Below are positions 1 through 8,787 of a stretch of DNA of 64,000 bases, in pieces; the stretch's first letter is position 1; each line of letters starts with the position of its first letter. The notes under the pieces are model-generated. The model was not told the origin of the DNA. It worked only from the letters and a program-made list of their open reading frames with translations, and ran no database searches. The DNA comes from Thermoanaerobaculia bacterium. GTDB taxonomy: Bacteria; Acidobacteriota; Thermoanaerobaculia; Multivoradales; UBA5704. A program made the translations under genes and the position numbers. The stretch is from positions 42,307-106,306 of the forward strand of contig DASUEN010000171.1 of the NCBI GenBank assembly GCA_036275055.1. Reading direction: 5' to 3'.

Positions 1-38
1 CTGTCGTTGAACCACTTCACTTTTCCGGTGATACGCAT
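1..38 (-). CDS. Cold-shock protein (CspA family), first 12 codons only; the gene runs off the left edge
   Basis: The minus strand reads GGAG-N9-ATG CGT ATC ACC GGA AAA GTG AAG TGG TTC AAC GAC = MRITGKVKWFND, the canonical cold-shock-domain N-terminus. Confidence 0.6.
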   Translation of the reverse strand, partial: MRITGKVKWFND

Positions 39-64
39 GCTTGAAATCTCCTTGACGATGGCCC

Positions 65-104
65 AAAAAACACGAAAGGGACCCGCCAAAAACCAGGTCC
101 CTTT
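65..104 (-). promoter_or_regulatory. Terminator-like stem-loop plus U-tract inside the csp 5' leader (possible attenuator or thermosensor)
   Basis: AAAGGGACC (75-83) pairs with GGTCCCTTT (96-104) across a 12-nt loop. On the minus strand it is followed by CGTGTTTTTT (74-65), about 27 nt upstream of the csp ATG. Confidence 0.35.
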
Positions 105-288
105 GTCGTTCTCTGGGTGCTGCGACAGGCTTGTTCTGTGCCTGACAGTCGGGAGAGTAGCCGTTGCGCGGAGGTTTGTCAAGTGCCTGGCATGGTTGCC
201 CGTCCAGGGAGGCCCGTCATGGCGTATCCTTTGACGGTCTTCGGCGACAGGGCAGCGACGCCGGAATCCAGCTTGGAGGTGACCCTCG

Positions 289-939
289 ATGCAAGAAGGA
301 CTCTTCGCCGCTCTGGCTCTGGCCGCCCTCACCGTCGGCCCCCTCCACACCCTGGCTCCCGACCACTGGGTCCCCTTCGCGGCGGTGGCCCGGGCCCGGG
401 GGTGGTCCGCCGGCCGCACGGCGCGCGTTACCCTACTGTGCGGCTTCGGGCACGTGACGGTCTCGGTGCTCTTCGGCCTCCTGGGCTTCTTCTTCGGCAT
501 GGAGCTGATCAAGGTGGTGGGGCAGCGAATGGAGGCGGTGGCCGGCGTGCTGCTTATCGCCTTCGGCATGATCTACGCCATCTGGGGGCTGCGCCGGGCG
601 GCCGGGGCTCATTTCCATGGCCACCACCACAGCCATTACGACCACGTCCACGAGCCGGAGAAGGCGACCGTGCTCGGCCTCTTCCTCCTCTTCTGCGCCG
701 ACCCCTGCGTGGCGGTGATCCCCCTCCTCTTCGCCGCCGCCCCGCTGGGCGCCCTGAAGACGACTGGCATCGTCGTCCTCTACGAGCTGGCCACCCTGGC
801 CACCATGGTGGCTCTCGTCCTGCCCGCCCGCGCCGGAGCCAAGCTTTTGCGCGCCCCCTGGCTCGACCGCTACGGCGACGCTGTGGCCGGGGGCTCGATC
901 GCGCTGGTGGGAGTGGCGGTGACGGTCCTGGGCTGGTAG
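289..939 (+). CDS. Polytopic membrane protein with His-rich loop; NicO/RcnA-like Ni/Co transporter family (tentative)
   Basis: 216 aa with a GGAGG RBS about 7 nt upstream and multiple hydrophobic segments. It has an H-x4-DH motif (HTLAPDHW) and a central loop HFHGHHHSHYDHVHEPE. Confidence 0.6.
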   Translation: MQEGLFAALALAALTVGPLHTLAPDHWVPFAAVARARGWSAGRTARVTLLCGFGHVTVSVLFGLLGFFFGMELIKVVGQRMEAVAGVLLIAFGMIYAIWGLRRAAGAHFHGHHHSHYDHVHEPEKATVLGLFLLFCADPCVAVIPLLFAAAPLGALKTTGIVVLYELATLATMVALVLPARAGAKLLRAPWLDRYGDAVAGGSIALVGVAVTVLGW

Positions 940-962
940 GGGCTTCCGCCGGCGGGCGCACG

Positions 963-1697
963 ATGCCTTCCCGTCCCTTCCTCACCGCCCGCTGGCGGTA
1001 CCTCGCGATGCTCAACTACCAGGTGCCGCCAGAGGTTCTCGAGCCGCTGGTGCCCCGCGGCACGGAGCTCGACTCGTGGCAGGGGAAGACCTTCGCCAGC
1101 ATCGTGGGCTTCCTCTTTCTCGACACCCGCGTGCGGGGGATTGCGATTCCCGGGCACCGCAACTTCGAGGAGGTCAACCTCCGCTTCTACGTCCGGCGCC
1201 AGGCGGAGGACGGCTGGCGCCGGGGAGTGGTCTTCGTCAAGGAGATCGTCCCCCGTTTGGCGATCGCCGCCACGGCCCGCCTGCTCTATGGCGAGAAGTA
1301 CGTGGCCCTGCGGATGCGGCACTCGATCACCGGCGATCCGTCCCGCGGCGGCCTGTACGTCACCTACGGCTGGCGGTATCCGGTTTCGCGAGGGCGTTGG
1401 AACGGCCTTGGCGCCGTGGTCTCCGGAGTGCCGCAGGAAGCCGCGCCGGGCTCCGAGGAGGAATTCATCACCGAGCACTATTGGGGCTACTCCTCCCTGC
1501 GCGGCGGCGGCAGCGTCGAGTACCAGGTGGAGCACCCCCGCTGGCGGGTGTGGCCGCTGCAGCGCCCCGTCCTGGACTGCGACGTCGCCGCCCTCTACGG
1601 CCGCCGGTTCGCGGAGCCGCTTCAGGGCGAGCCCTCTTCAGCCTTCCTGGCGGACGGCTCCGAGGTGGCGGTGCATTCCGGGCGGTGGCTGGTCTAG
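963..1697 (+). CDS. DUF2071 (YqjF-like) family protein
   Basis: In-frame ATG at 963 within ORF 117..1697. MPSRPFLTARWRYLAMLNYQVPPEVLEPLVP is the typical DUF2071 N-terminus. The upstream part of the ORF is Arg/Pro/Gly-rich and overlaps the 289..939 gene. Confidence 0.7.
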   Translation: MPSRPFLTARWRYLAMLNYQVPPEVLEPLVPRGTELDSWQGKTFASIVGFLFLDTRVRGIAIPGHRNFEEVNLRFYVRRQAEDGWRRGVVFVKEIVPRLAIAATARLLYGEKYVALRMRHSITGDPSRGGLYVTYGWRYPVSRGRWNGLGAVVSGVPQEAAPGSEEEFITEHYWGYSSLRGGGSVEYQVEHPRWRVWPLQRPVLDCDVAALYGRRFAEPLQGEPSSAFLADGSEVAVHSGRWLV

Positions 1698-1708
1698 CGA
1701 TCCTGGTC

Positions 1709-3409
1709 TTACTCGGCCGCCAGCATCTCCAGCAGCGGCTTGTCCCGCTCGTAGAGGTCTTTGCGGAACTGCACGACTCCGGCGTCGTCCACCCAAACGG
1801 TCCAGTAGGCGAGGTGGACGGGGATGGGATGGTGAAGGGTGACCACCCGCTCCTTGCCGGCGGCGACGGCGGCTTTCAGGGATTCGGGGGTCCAGGCGGG
1901 CTCGTCCTGCAGCAGGTAGAGGGCTAGGTCCAGGGGTTTTTCCAGCCGGATGCAGCCGTGGCTGAAGCTGCGCTCGGCGCGCTGGAAGAGGCTGCGCGAT
2001 GGGGTATCGTGCAGGTAGACATCGAAGCTATTGGGAAAGATGAACTTGTAGCGGCCAAGGGCGTTCTTGGGACCGGGTTTCTGGCGCACCACCAGGCCGG
2101 CACCGGAGGTCTTCTGCCAGTCGATGCTGGCGGGAGAAACCGGGGCGCCTCCCCGGCTGGTCGTGACCTCCATCCCCTCGTGGGTGAGGTAGCCCGGGTC
2201 CCGCCGCATGTGGGGCACGATCTCCTTGGTGACGATGCTGGAGGGGACGTTCCAGTAGGGATCGATCACCAGGTAGGTCATCTTGCCGCTGAAGGTGGGC
2301 GACTTAGTATAGGGTTTACCGACGACCACTCTCATTCCGAGGACGCCGCGCCCCTCCTCGACCACGTCGAGAAGGAAGCCGGCGGTGTTGACCATGATGT
2401 ACCGGTCCCCCAAATCGCGCGGGAGCCAGCGCCAGCGCTCCAGGTTGACCTCGATCTGCTTCAGCCGGTCCGCGGCCGGGACGTTCAGGGCCGCCAGGGT
2501 GCCTTTGCCCACACCGCCGTCCGGTTCCAGGCCATTACGTTCCTGGAAAGCGCGGACGGCCGCCTGGAGGGGAGCATCGAAGAGGTCCCGCCCGCCCGCG
2601 GCGGGGTCCACGAAAGAGGAAGCCTCCAAACGCTCCCGCAGGGCGGCGACCCGCGGGTTGCGGTCGCCCGGGTGGAGGGTCGGCCCCGCTGGCACCAGCG
2701 GCCAGCCGCCCCGCGCCACGATCCCCCGGTAGAAGGCCACGGCGAGGCGCAGCGTCTTGTACGCCTCGGTCTGGGGAGCGAGCTCCTCCAGAACGGAGCG
2801 CACCCGCCGCTCCTTGAGGGCGGAGTCCAGCATGGCGGGCAAGTCGGGCTCGGAGGGCGGTTCCTTCGTGGCGGGTCCGGGAGGCTCGCAACCGGCGCGG
2901 GTGCGCGGGTTCACCCGGCCGTACCGAAGATCCGATGCCAGGTTCAGGAAGACGTCGGTCAGCAGCAGGTCGAGCTCGGCGAACTCGTTCGGGTCCGGAT
3001 GGGTACGGACCGCCTCCAGCCGCCGTTTCAGGTCGGCGGGGTGGTAGTCGTTGGGGCGGAGGCCGTCGTAGACCGAGTCCTCGATGACGGCGAGGAGCTC
3101 GCCAGAGCTTTCCGCGTCGGCGCCCGCCTCGCTGCTCCAGGCCGGCGCGAAACCCCGGCGCTGATAGAAGCACGGCACGCCCGCCGCGAGACGGACGGGT
3201 GAGCCGTTCACCTGGAGCTCGGCCGGCTTGTCCCCGGCGGGAAAGTGGGCCTGGATGACGGTCTGGATTTGCTGGATCAGGCCGGCGGGCTCTGCCGGGG
3301 GCGGTGGGGGAGTCTGGGCGGCCACCGGTAAGCCAGAGAGAGCCGAGGTGAGGGCCATCACGGCGAGCCCCTCCCAGGCAGGGCGCGCGAATCCACGATG
3401 AGGCTGCAT
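1709..3409 (-). CDS. L,D-transpeptidase (YcbB/ErfK type) with peptidoglycan-binding domain
   Basis: Signal-like N-terminus; PG_binding_1-like AVRAFQERNGLEPDGGVGKGTLAALN; YkuD catalytic motif SFSHGCIRL. The start could instead be the internal Met at 3358. Confidence 0.9.
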   Translation of the reverse strand: MQPHRGFARPAWEGLAVMALTSALSGLPVAAQTPPPPPAEPAGLIQQIQTVIQAHFPAGDKPAELQVNGSPVRLAAGVPCFYQRRGFAPAWSSEAGADAESSGELLAVIEDSVYDGLRPNDYHPADLKRRLEAVRTHPDPNEFAELDLLLTDVFLNLASDLRYGRVNPRTRAGCEPPGPATKEPPSEPDLPAMLDSALKERRVRSVLEELAPQTEAYKTLRLAVAFYRGIVARGGWPLVPAGPTLHPGDRNPRVAALRERLEASSFVDPAAGGRDLFDAPLQAAVRAFQERNGLEPDGGVGKGTLAALNVPAADRLKQIEVNLERWRWLPRDLGDRYIMVNTAGFLLDVVEEGRGVLGMRVVVGKPYTKSPTFSGKMTYLVIDPYWNVPSSIVTKEIVPHMRRDPGYLTHEGMEVTTSRGGAPVSPASIDWQKTSGAGLVVRQKPGPKNALGRYKFIFPNSFDVYLHDTPSRSLFQRAERSFSHGCIRLEKPLDLALYLLQDEPAWTPESLKAAVAAGKERVVTLHHPIPVHLAYWTVWVDDAGVVQFRKDLYERDKPLLEMLAAE

Positions 3410-3453
3410 GACTCTAGGATATCAGGGGGGCATCGACACTTGGCCGACACGAC

Positions 3454-3663
3454 ACCGGTCCGTAGAGACGCCCCAGACCCGATACGACACCCTCGCCTCT
3501 ACCATGCCGTCGGGGCGTCTCTCTTCCGAGGCGACGCCGGTTCCTCCCCGGGCCGGTGGGAGAGGTCTCAGGTAGGAACCCGTATCGGCCTGCGGGAGAC
3601 GCCCCGCCGTTGTGGTATCGGAAAGGTCGTCGTATCGGGTCTGGGGCGTCTCTACGGACCGGT
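3454..3663. repeat. Composite palindromic element, copy 1
   Basis: The 35-nt arm ACCGGTCCGTAGAGACGCCCCAGACCCGATACGAC (3454-3488) has its exact reverse complement at 3629-3663. There are inner inverted repeats GTCGGGGCGTCTC / GAGACGCCCCGCC. A shared tail CGCGATG.CGGGCCGGTGTGG continues to about 3730. Confidence 0.9.
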
Positions 3664-3750
3664 GTCGCGATGGCGGGCCGGTTGGTTCTGTGGATGGATA
3701 GCGATGACGGGCCGGTGTGGGTTCCGTGAACGGATGATAGGATTCTGCCA

Positions 3751-4230
3751 ATGGCGCCTGGCGACGATTTGTTTCGTAACCGGTATCGCGTTCCGTCTAC
3801 GCGGTTGAAGGGGTGGGATTACCGGCTGCCAGGCTACTATTACGTGACGATCTGCGTCCTGGACAGGGTCCAATGCCTGGGCGAAGTGGTGAACGGCGAG
3901 AGCGTTCTTTCCCCTGGCGGTGAGGCCGTGGCCCGGGAGTGGGGCCAGATTCCGCAAAGAAATCCACAGGTGACCCTGGACGCCTGGATCGTAATGCCAG
4001 ACCACCTTCATGGTCTCCTGCTCCTGAGCGGCAAGGATTCCCAGCCTCTCGGCGGGGTCATCGGCCAGTTCAAGTCCAAGACGACCAAGATATTGCGCTC
4101 TCGTGGCCAGACCGGTTTCACCTGGCAAGAGCGTTTCCACGACACGATCCTCAGGGACCTCAAACAGTTGGACCACATCCGCGCCTACATCCGTGACAAT
4201 CCCCGTCGCTGGCAAAGAAAGCGCTCCTAA
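3751..4230 (+). CDS. REP-associated tyrosine transposase (RAYT; IS200/IS605 Y1 transposase-like)
   Basis: 159 aa: YRVPSTRLKGWDYRLPGYYYVTICV, the HUH-type motif VMPDHLHGLLLL, and C-terminal IRAYIRDNPRRW (catalytic Tyr region). Confidence 0.85.
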   Translation: MAPGDDLFRNRYRVPSTRLKGWDYRLPGYYYVTICVLDRVQCLGEVVNGESVLSPGGEAVAREWGQIPQRNPQVTLDAWIVMPDHLHGLLLLSGKDSQPLGGVIGQFKSKTTKILRSRGQTGFTWQERFHDTILRDLKQLDHIRAYIRDNPRRWQRKRS

Positions 4231-4265
4231 CGCCTCCTGCACAGACACCGACGGGCCAACACGAT

Positions 4266-4477
4266 ACCGGTCCGTAGAGACGCCCCAGACCCGATACGAC
4301 AACCTCACCTCTACCATGTCGTCGGGGCGTCTCTCTTTCGAGGCGACGCCGGTTCCTCCCCGGGCCGGTGGGGGGAGGCCCGCAGGTAGGAACCCGTGTC
4401 GGCCTGCGGGAGACGCCCCGCCGTTGTGGTATCCGAAAGGTCGTCGTATCGGGTCTGGGGCGTCTCTACGGACCGGT
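4266..4477. repeat. Composite palindromic element, copy 2
   Basis: The same 35-nt arm lies at 4266-4300 and its reverse complement at 4443-4477. The interior is about 90% identical to copy 1, and the shared tail runs to about 4515. Confidence 0.9.
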
Positions 4478-4687
4478 ATCGCGATGACGGGCCGGTGTGG
4501 TTCCGTGGAAATCCCTGCCGCCTCCACACGATACCAATGGAATCTCCAGACGCCCTTCCGCGTTAGCTCCGGCGATGCCCGGGGAGCACGAGAGGCTCCC
4601 GTAGGGTAAGATTCGCCGATTCGCCGGAGATGGGCGCTCCGTCTCCCCTGGAATCCCTGTAGGAAATCCCAACGTTTGGAGAACCGT

Positions 4688-5563
4688 ATGAACAAGCTCT
4701 TCACCCTCTCCGCCGCGCTGCTCGTCGCGGCGGCTGGAGCGGCGCACGGCCAGTCCGGCCAGGCTGCCCAGAAGCCTGCGGCCCCGGCGGCGCAGCCGGC
4801 TCCGGCCGCGCCGGCAAGCCCCAACGCGAGCGGCAAGCCGGAGTCGCTGCAGGACAAGGCCAGCTACGTGATCGGCCTCAACCTCGGCAAGTCGCTGAAG
4901 ACCAATGAGATCCAAGCCAACGTCGACCTCATCGTCAAGGGCCTACGGGACGGCCTCAGCGGCGGCCAACCGCTCCTCACCGACGAGGAGATGCAGGCCA
5001 CCATGCAAAGCTTCCAGCAGCAGGTGATGGCCCAGCAGGAAGCCAAGCGGAAGGCGCAGGGCGAGAAGAACAAGACCGAGGGAGAGGCGTTCCTGGCAAA
5101 GAACAAGGATCGCCCGGGGGTCAAGACCACGGCGAGCGGCCTGCAGTACGAGGTCCTGACCGAAGGGACCGGCCCGAATCCCAAGCCCACCGACACGGTG
5201 ACGGTGAACTACAAGGGCACGCTGATCGACGGCACCACCTTCGACAGCTCCTACGACCGCAAGGAGCCCGCGACCTTCGTCCTCAACCAGGTGATCCCGG
5301 GCTGGACCGAGGGCGTGCAGCTCATGAAGGTAGGCTCGAAGTACAAGTTCTACATCCCGTCCGCGCTGGGCTATGGCGAGCGCGGCGCCGGCAATGCGAT
5401 CGGTCCCAACGCGCCGCTGATCTTCGAGGTCGAGCTCATCTCCATCGGCGCCAAGGAAGCGCCGGCCGCTGAGGGCGCGAAGCCGCAGGCCACTCCGAAG
5501 CCCGCCGAGCCGAAGAAGCCGGCTGCCCAGAAGCCGCCGGCCGACAAGAAGCCCCCGGTCTAG
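4688..5563 (+). CDS. FKBP-type peptidyl-prolyl cis-trans isomerase (FkpA/Mip-like), secreted, with Pro/Lys/Ala-rich C-terminal tail
   Basis: ATG 4688 follows GGAG (4677-4680). Signal peptide [21 protein letters not shown]; FKBP_N-like helix; FKBP core [18 protein letters not shown]...[24 protein letters not shown]. Confidence 0.9.
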   Translation: MNKLFTLSAALLVAAAGAAHGQSGQAAQKPAAPAAQPAPAAPASPNASGKPESLQDKASYVIGLNLGKSLKTNEIQANVDLIVKGLRDGLSGGQPLLTDEEMQATMQSFQQQVMAQQEAKRKAQGEKNKTEGEAFLAKNKDRPGVKTTASGLQYEVLTEGTGPNPKPTDTVTVNYKGTLIDGTTFDSSYDRKEPATFVLNQVIPGWTEGVQLMKVGSKYKFYIPSALGYGERGAGNAIGPNAPLIFEVELISIGAKEAPAAEGAKPQATPKPAEPKKPAAQKPPADKKPPV

Positions 5564-5593
5564 AGGCCTCCCGCTCGCTCCGGCGCCGTTCCG

Positions 5594-5627
5594 CCTCTCC
5601 CGTCGCCGGCGGGAGAGGTTTTATTTT
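5594..5627 (+). terminator. Rho-independent terminator after the FKBP gene
   Basis: CCTCTCCCG (5594-5602), a 7-nt loop, CGGGAGAGG (5610-5618), then TTTTATTTT. The T-tract overlaps the stop codon of the convergent M23 gene. Confidence 0.7.
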
Positions 5628-6202
5628 GCTGCCTGCTGGATCGTCTGCTGGTCTGCGGCAGCGATCTTCATAAACGGCTCGCCGGCGCGCAGGTAGGTAT
5701 AGGGGTTCACGGCACGCCCGCCGGGGGAATAGAGGCCGTAGTGGAGGTGGGTGGAAGAGATGGCCGCGTTGCCGGAGTTGCCCACGTAACCGATGACCTC
5801 GCCGGCCTCGACCCAGTCTCCTTCCGCCTGCAGCCCAAACTCTTCGAGGTGGGCGTAGTAGTGGCGGTAACCGCCTGGCCCGACGATGTAGATCACTTGG
5901 CCGCCCAGGCCGCGCATTCCCTTGAATTCGACGACTCCCTCGGTGATGCTGCGGATGGGCGTGTTGCGGGCCGCGAAGATGTCGATCCCCTGATGATGCC
6001 GGCCGCCGTCCCGGTGCATTCCCCAGGAGTTGCTGACGCGGGTGACCCCGTCCACCGGGATGTGGAGGATTTTCGGCAATGGCTGGGAGAGGAGTGCGGC
6101 GTACCGGGTGTTGTAGCGGACCGAGGCTTGGTGGCAGCCGGTGAGGGAGAGGGTGAGAACCGCGACGACGAGGGCGGCGGAGGAGATTCGGCGTCGAGCC
6201 AT
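5621..6202 (-). CDS. M23 family metallopeptidase, lipoprotein
   Basis: Internal ATG at 6202 of ORF 5621..7759. Lipobox LSLTGC; M23 motifs HQGIDIF and SSTHLHYGLY are intact. Confidence 0.85.
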   Translation of the reverse strand: MARRRISSAALVVAVLTLSLTGCHQASVRYNTRYAALLSQPLPKILHIPVDGVTRVSNSWGMHRDGGRHHQGIDIFAARNTPIRSITEGVVEFKGMRGLGGQVIYIVGPGGYRHYYAHLEEFGLQAEGDWVEAGEVIGYVGNSGNAAISSTHLHYGLYSPGGRAVNPYTYLRAGEPFMKIAAADQQTIQQAAK

Positions 6203-6360
6203 GTTCACCTCACTTCGAATCCAACGGCGTTCCTGACGGACGATACACGTCGCCGAAGACCGCCTGATTGCCGAGAGACCACGGGCGAAAGACGCCGAAG
6301 TATACACCGGCGGGAGGAAAATCAACCCCCCTCGGATCTGGAGGGATCTGGAGGACGGAA

Positions 6361-8655
6361 TTACAGCCGTTTCACCACCACGACCGTCGTATCGTCCTGC
6401 TGCTCCACGCCCGCGCGGTAGCGGCGCCAGTCTGCCAGCAGTCCGTCGAGGATCTCCGTGGCGGTCTTGCCGGCGAGGCCGTGCAGCACCTCCCGCGGCC
6501 GGTCGTAGCCGTAGGCCGTCCCCCGCAGGTCGGTCGCCTCGAAGAGGCCGTCCGAAGCGAACACTAGGGCTGCTCCGGGCGGAATCTCCAGAGCGGCGTC
6601 GTGGTAGGTCCGTTTCGGGCCCTGGCCGAGGGGAAGACCGGCGAGGGGGATTTCCGAAACCTGCCCCTCGGCGCTCAGCAGGGCATAGGGATGCCCGGCG
6701 TTGGCGAGGTGCCCTGTCCCCGTCCGGGGATCGAGGCGCAGCAGGGCGAGGGTGGTGAAGTGGCGGTGGGCGTTTCTCCTCAGCACCTTGTCCACCCGCT
6801 GCAGCACGCCGGCCGGCGTCTCGGTGGCGGTGATCAGGCTGGAGAGGGAAGCGACCGTCATCGCCTGAGCGATCGAGCAGGAGTAGCCATGGCCGGCCAC
6901 GTCGCCGGCAGCGATCCAGAGGAATCCCTCCTCGTCCCCGAAGAAGTCGTAGAGGTCGCCTCCCGCTTCGCTGGCGAGCAGCGAGCTGGCGGCGACCTCC
7001 CAGCCGGTGATCCTGGGGAGCTGCTGGGGGAGCAGCCCGAGCTGCATGCGGGCGAGCAGGTCCATCTCGTACTTGAGCCGCCGCTCCTCCTCGATCCGTT
7101 TCATGAAGGCCGGCTGCTTCAACTGGTCGAGCTCCGGGTCGGCGGGGCGGCGCAGGCCCACGAAGCCCAGGACGAGAAGGAGGGCCGGCGTTCCCGCCGT
7201 CACCGCCAGCGACACCGGGAGCAAGGCCGCATACAGGGCGCAGAAGGCTGCCGCTTGCAGGAGATAGGTGCTGAGGGCGGCGGTGAGGCCGGCGGCGAGC
7301 CCCACGCGACGGCTCAGGAAGACGAGCACGGTTGCCGCTGCCACGTTCACCGCGGCCTGAAAGAGGGTGGGATGAAGAGAGGTGAAGGGAATGGCGAGGC
7401 CGGCGGCGAGCGCTCCGGCCGCCGCGGCCCACCGGGCGGGCACGAACCGCCAGGCGAGCCCCATGGCGAGCGCTACGCCGCCGGCCAGAACGACGCCATC
7501 GAAGAAAGGCGTCAGAACGTCGAACACCGGCAGGCGCAGGCTCCCTTCTTCGGGCCAGGTGTTGGGCAGGCGCGCGGCCACGGCTTCGGCGGCCAGCCGC
7601 AGCCCGGCAAGCCCGGCACCGCAGGCGATTCCCCACACCAGGGCGCGCCCTCCCCGAGGCCCGAGCCGCCCGGCGCGTAGGGCGTCGAGGCTCACGGTGA
7701 CCTCCGGCTGGGCCGAGCGGAGGTACGACTCGCCGGTGGACCAGAGGATGGAGGCCCACAAGGCGATGAAGAGGACGCCGAGCAGTATGAGGGCTCCCGC
7801 CCAGGTCGGCTCGGCGGCCAGAGTCGGCACCGCGGCCACCACGAAGACGATCCCTCCCAGCCAGGCGCCGTTGACGATGCTGATCCGGCGCCGGCCGAGC
7901 AGCACGAAGAAGAGGATGAACGCGATGCAGCTCCCGGCGATCAGGGGCAAGGCGACGAGGAGCACCCTGGCGACCGTTTCGGCGGTGCTCCTCATGTCCT
8001 TCCCTTTCGGCTTCGGCTCGAGCTGCCGGATCATGAGCAGGCTCCCCGGCATTGCGGACGCGACGATTTTCTGCGGCGGCCGGCTCCCCTGGACCGGGTA
8101 GGTCATGCCTTGGATCCCTTCGAGGCCGCCGGGCCGCGATTGACCCAGGCTCTCCCCGGGGCGGAGCAACTGGCGGACGAAAAGGGCCTGAACCTCGGGC
8201 GCGGGCACCGGGTCCTTGTGAATCGCGCTGGAGATGGTCTCCTGGCTGCCCCCGAACCGGATGGCCAGGGGATGGCCGGAGGTGGAGAAACGGGCGCTGA
8301 GCTCGCGGCGCCGACCTTCACGCCCTGGCATCTTGGCGCCTTGCCTCACCTCGACGATGACTCCGGCTCCCACGTCCGCCGCCTCGGCCGGCGTCAATCC
8401 GTCGAGGACGGAGTCGTCCAGGTCGAAGTTCTTGTCGTGCCTGGCGAAAGCGACGCGGGGTACGCCCGGCTCCAGCCGGACTCCCACCCCCTGCGCCAGC
8501 GCCTGGAAGCGCTCCACGAAGGAAGATTGGGAGGGGAGGCGCTCGGCCTGCCATTCCGGCAGCCACTGCCGCGCCAGGGTTATCCCCAGGGCAAGGACCA
8601 GGGCGCCCAGGGCGAGGGCCAGGAGGAGGCGGAGATTACCGGTTCGCGAGGTCAT
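6361..8655 (-). CDS. Membrane-bound PP2C/SpoIIE-family serine phosphatase (RsbU-like) with large N-terminal sensor and multi-TM region
   Basis: 764 aa with about 9 hydrophobic segments mid-protein. C-terminal SpoIIE domain: GGDLYDFF, AGDVAGHGYSCS, ASDGLFEA. Confidence 0.85.
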   Translation of the reverse strand: MTSRTGNLRLLLALALGALVLALGITLARQWLPEWQAERLPSQSSFVERFQALAQGVGVRLEPGVPRVAFARHDKNFDLDDSVLDGLTPAEAADVGAGVIVEVRQGAKMPGREGRRRELSARFSTSGHPLAIRFGGSQETISSAIHKDPVPAPEVQALFVRQLLRPGESLGQSRPGGLEGIQGMTYPVQGSRPPQKIVASAMPGSLLMIRQLEPKPKGKDMRSTAETVARVLLVALPLIAGSCIAFILFFVLLGRRRISIVNGAWLGGIVFVVAAVPTLAAEPTWAGALILLGVLFIALWASILWSTGESYLRSAQPEVTVSLDALRAGRLGPRGGRALVWGIACGAGLAGLRLAAEAVAARLPNTWPEEGSLRLPVFDVLTPFFDGVVLAGGVALAMGLAWRFVPARWAAAAGALAAGLAIPFTSLHPTLFQAAVNVAAATVLVFLSRRVGLAAGLTAALSTYLLQAAAFCALYAALLPVSLAVTAGTPALLLVLGFVGLRRPADPELDQLKQPAFMKRIEEERRLKYEMDLLARMQLGLLPQQLPRITGWEVAASSLLASEAGGDLYDFFGDEEGFLWIAAGDVAGHGYSCSIAQAMTVASLSSLITATETPAGVLQRVDKVLRRNAHRHFTTLALLRLDPRTGTGHLANAGHPYALLSAEGQVSEIPLAGLPLGQGPKRTYHDAALEIPPGAALVFASDGLFEATDLRGTAYGYDRPREVLHGLAGKTATEILDGLLADWRRYRAGVEQQDDTTVVVVKRL

Positions 8656-8787
8656 CTTGAGGAAGAGTACGGCAAATCGGCGCCCGAGTTCCGGGCTGGC
8701 GAAGCCTCCCCGATCTTGCCTCCCGGTTTGCTAGAATCCCCGGCTCGCGACGGTCCGCCAACTTTCAACCCGGAACCCGGCTACGCC

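Larger units (their letters stand above)
3454..4477. mobile_element. RAYT (REP-associated tyrosine transposase) gene bracketed by two direct copies of a palindromic REP/BIME-like element
   Basis: Two ~90% identical ~210-bp elements (3454-3663 and 4266-4477) flank the IS200-like Y1 transposase gene at 3751..4230. Confidence 0.75.

Noticed and set aside
120-288. Possible NiCo (czcD-type) or other metal riboswitch in the ~170-nt leader of the Ni/Co-type transporter gene (three ACAG-containing segments).
   Set aside because: I could not fold it into the four-way junction or recognise the conserved core by eye, and the region is also the divergent csp promoter and leader. An Infernal scan with the NiCo model would decide; a significant hit would reverse this rejection.
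117-962. Long N-terminal extensions and shadow ORFs throughout the track. Examples: 117-962, 3652-4857, the upper part of 5621-7759, 8110-8787, 8853-10982, 11171-12505, the upper part of 19202-21883, 27376-27756, 28164-28973, 46108-47988, 53117-54676 and 55204-56424.
   Set aside because: Their translations are Arg/Pro/Gly/Ala-rich low-complexity strings typical of off-frame reading in ~70% GC DNA. They overlap genes with clear family motifs, RBSs and signal peptides, so the internal starts were used instead.
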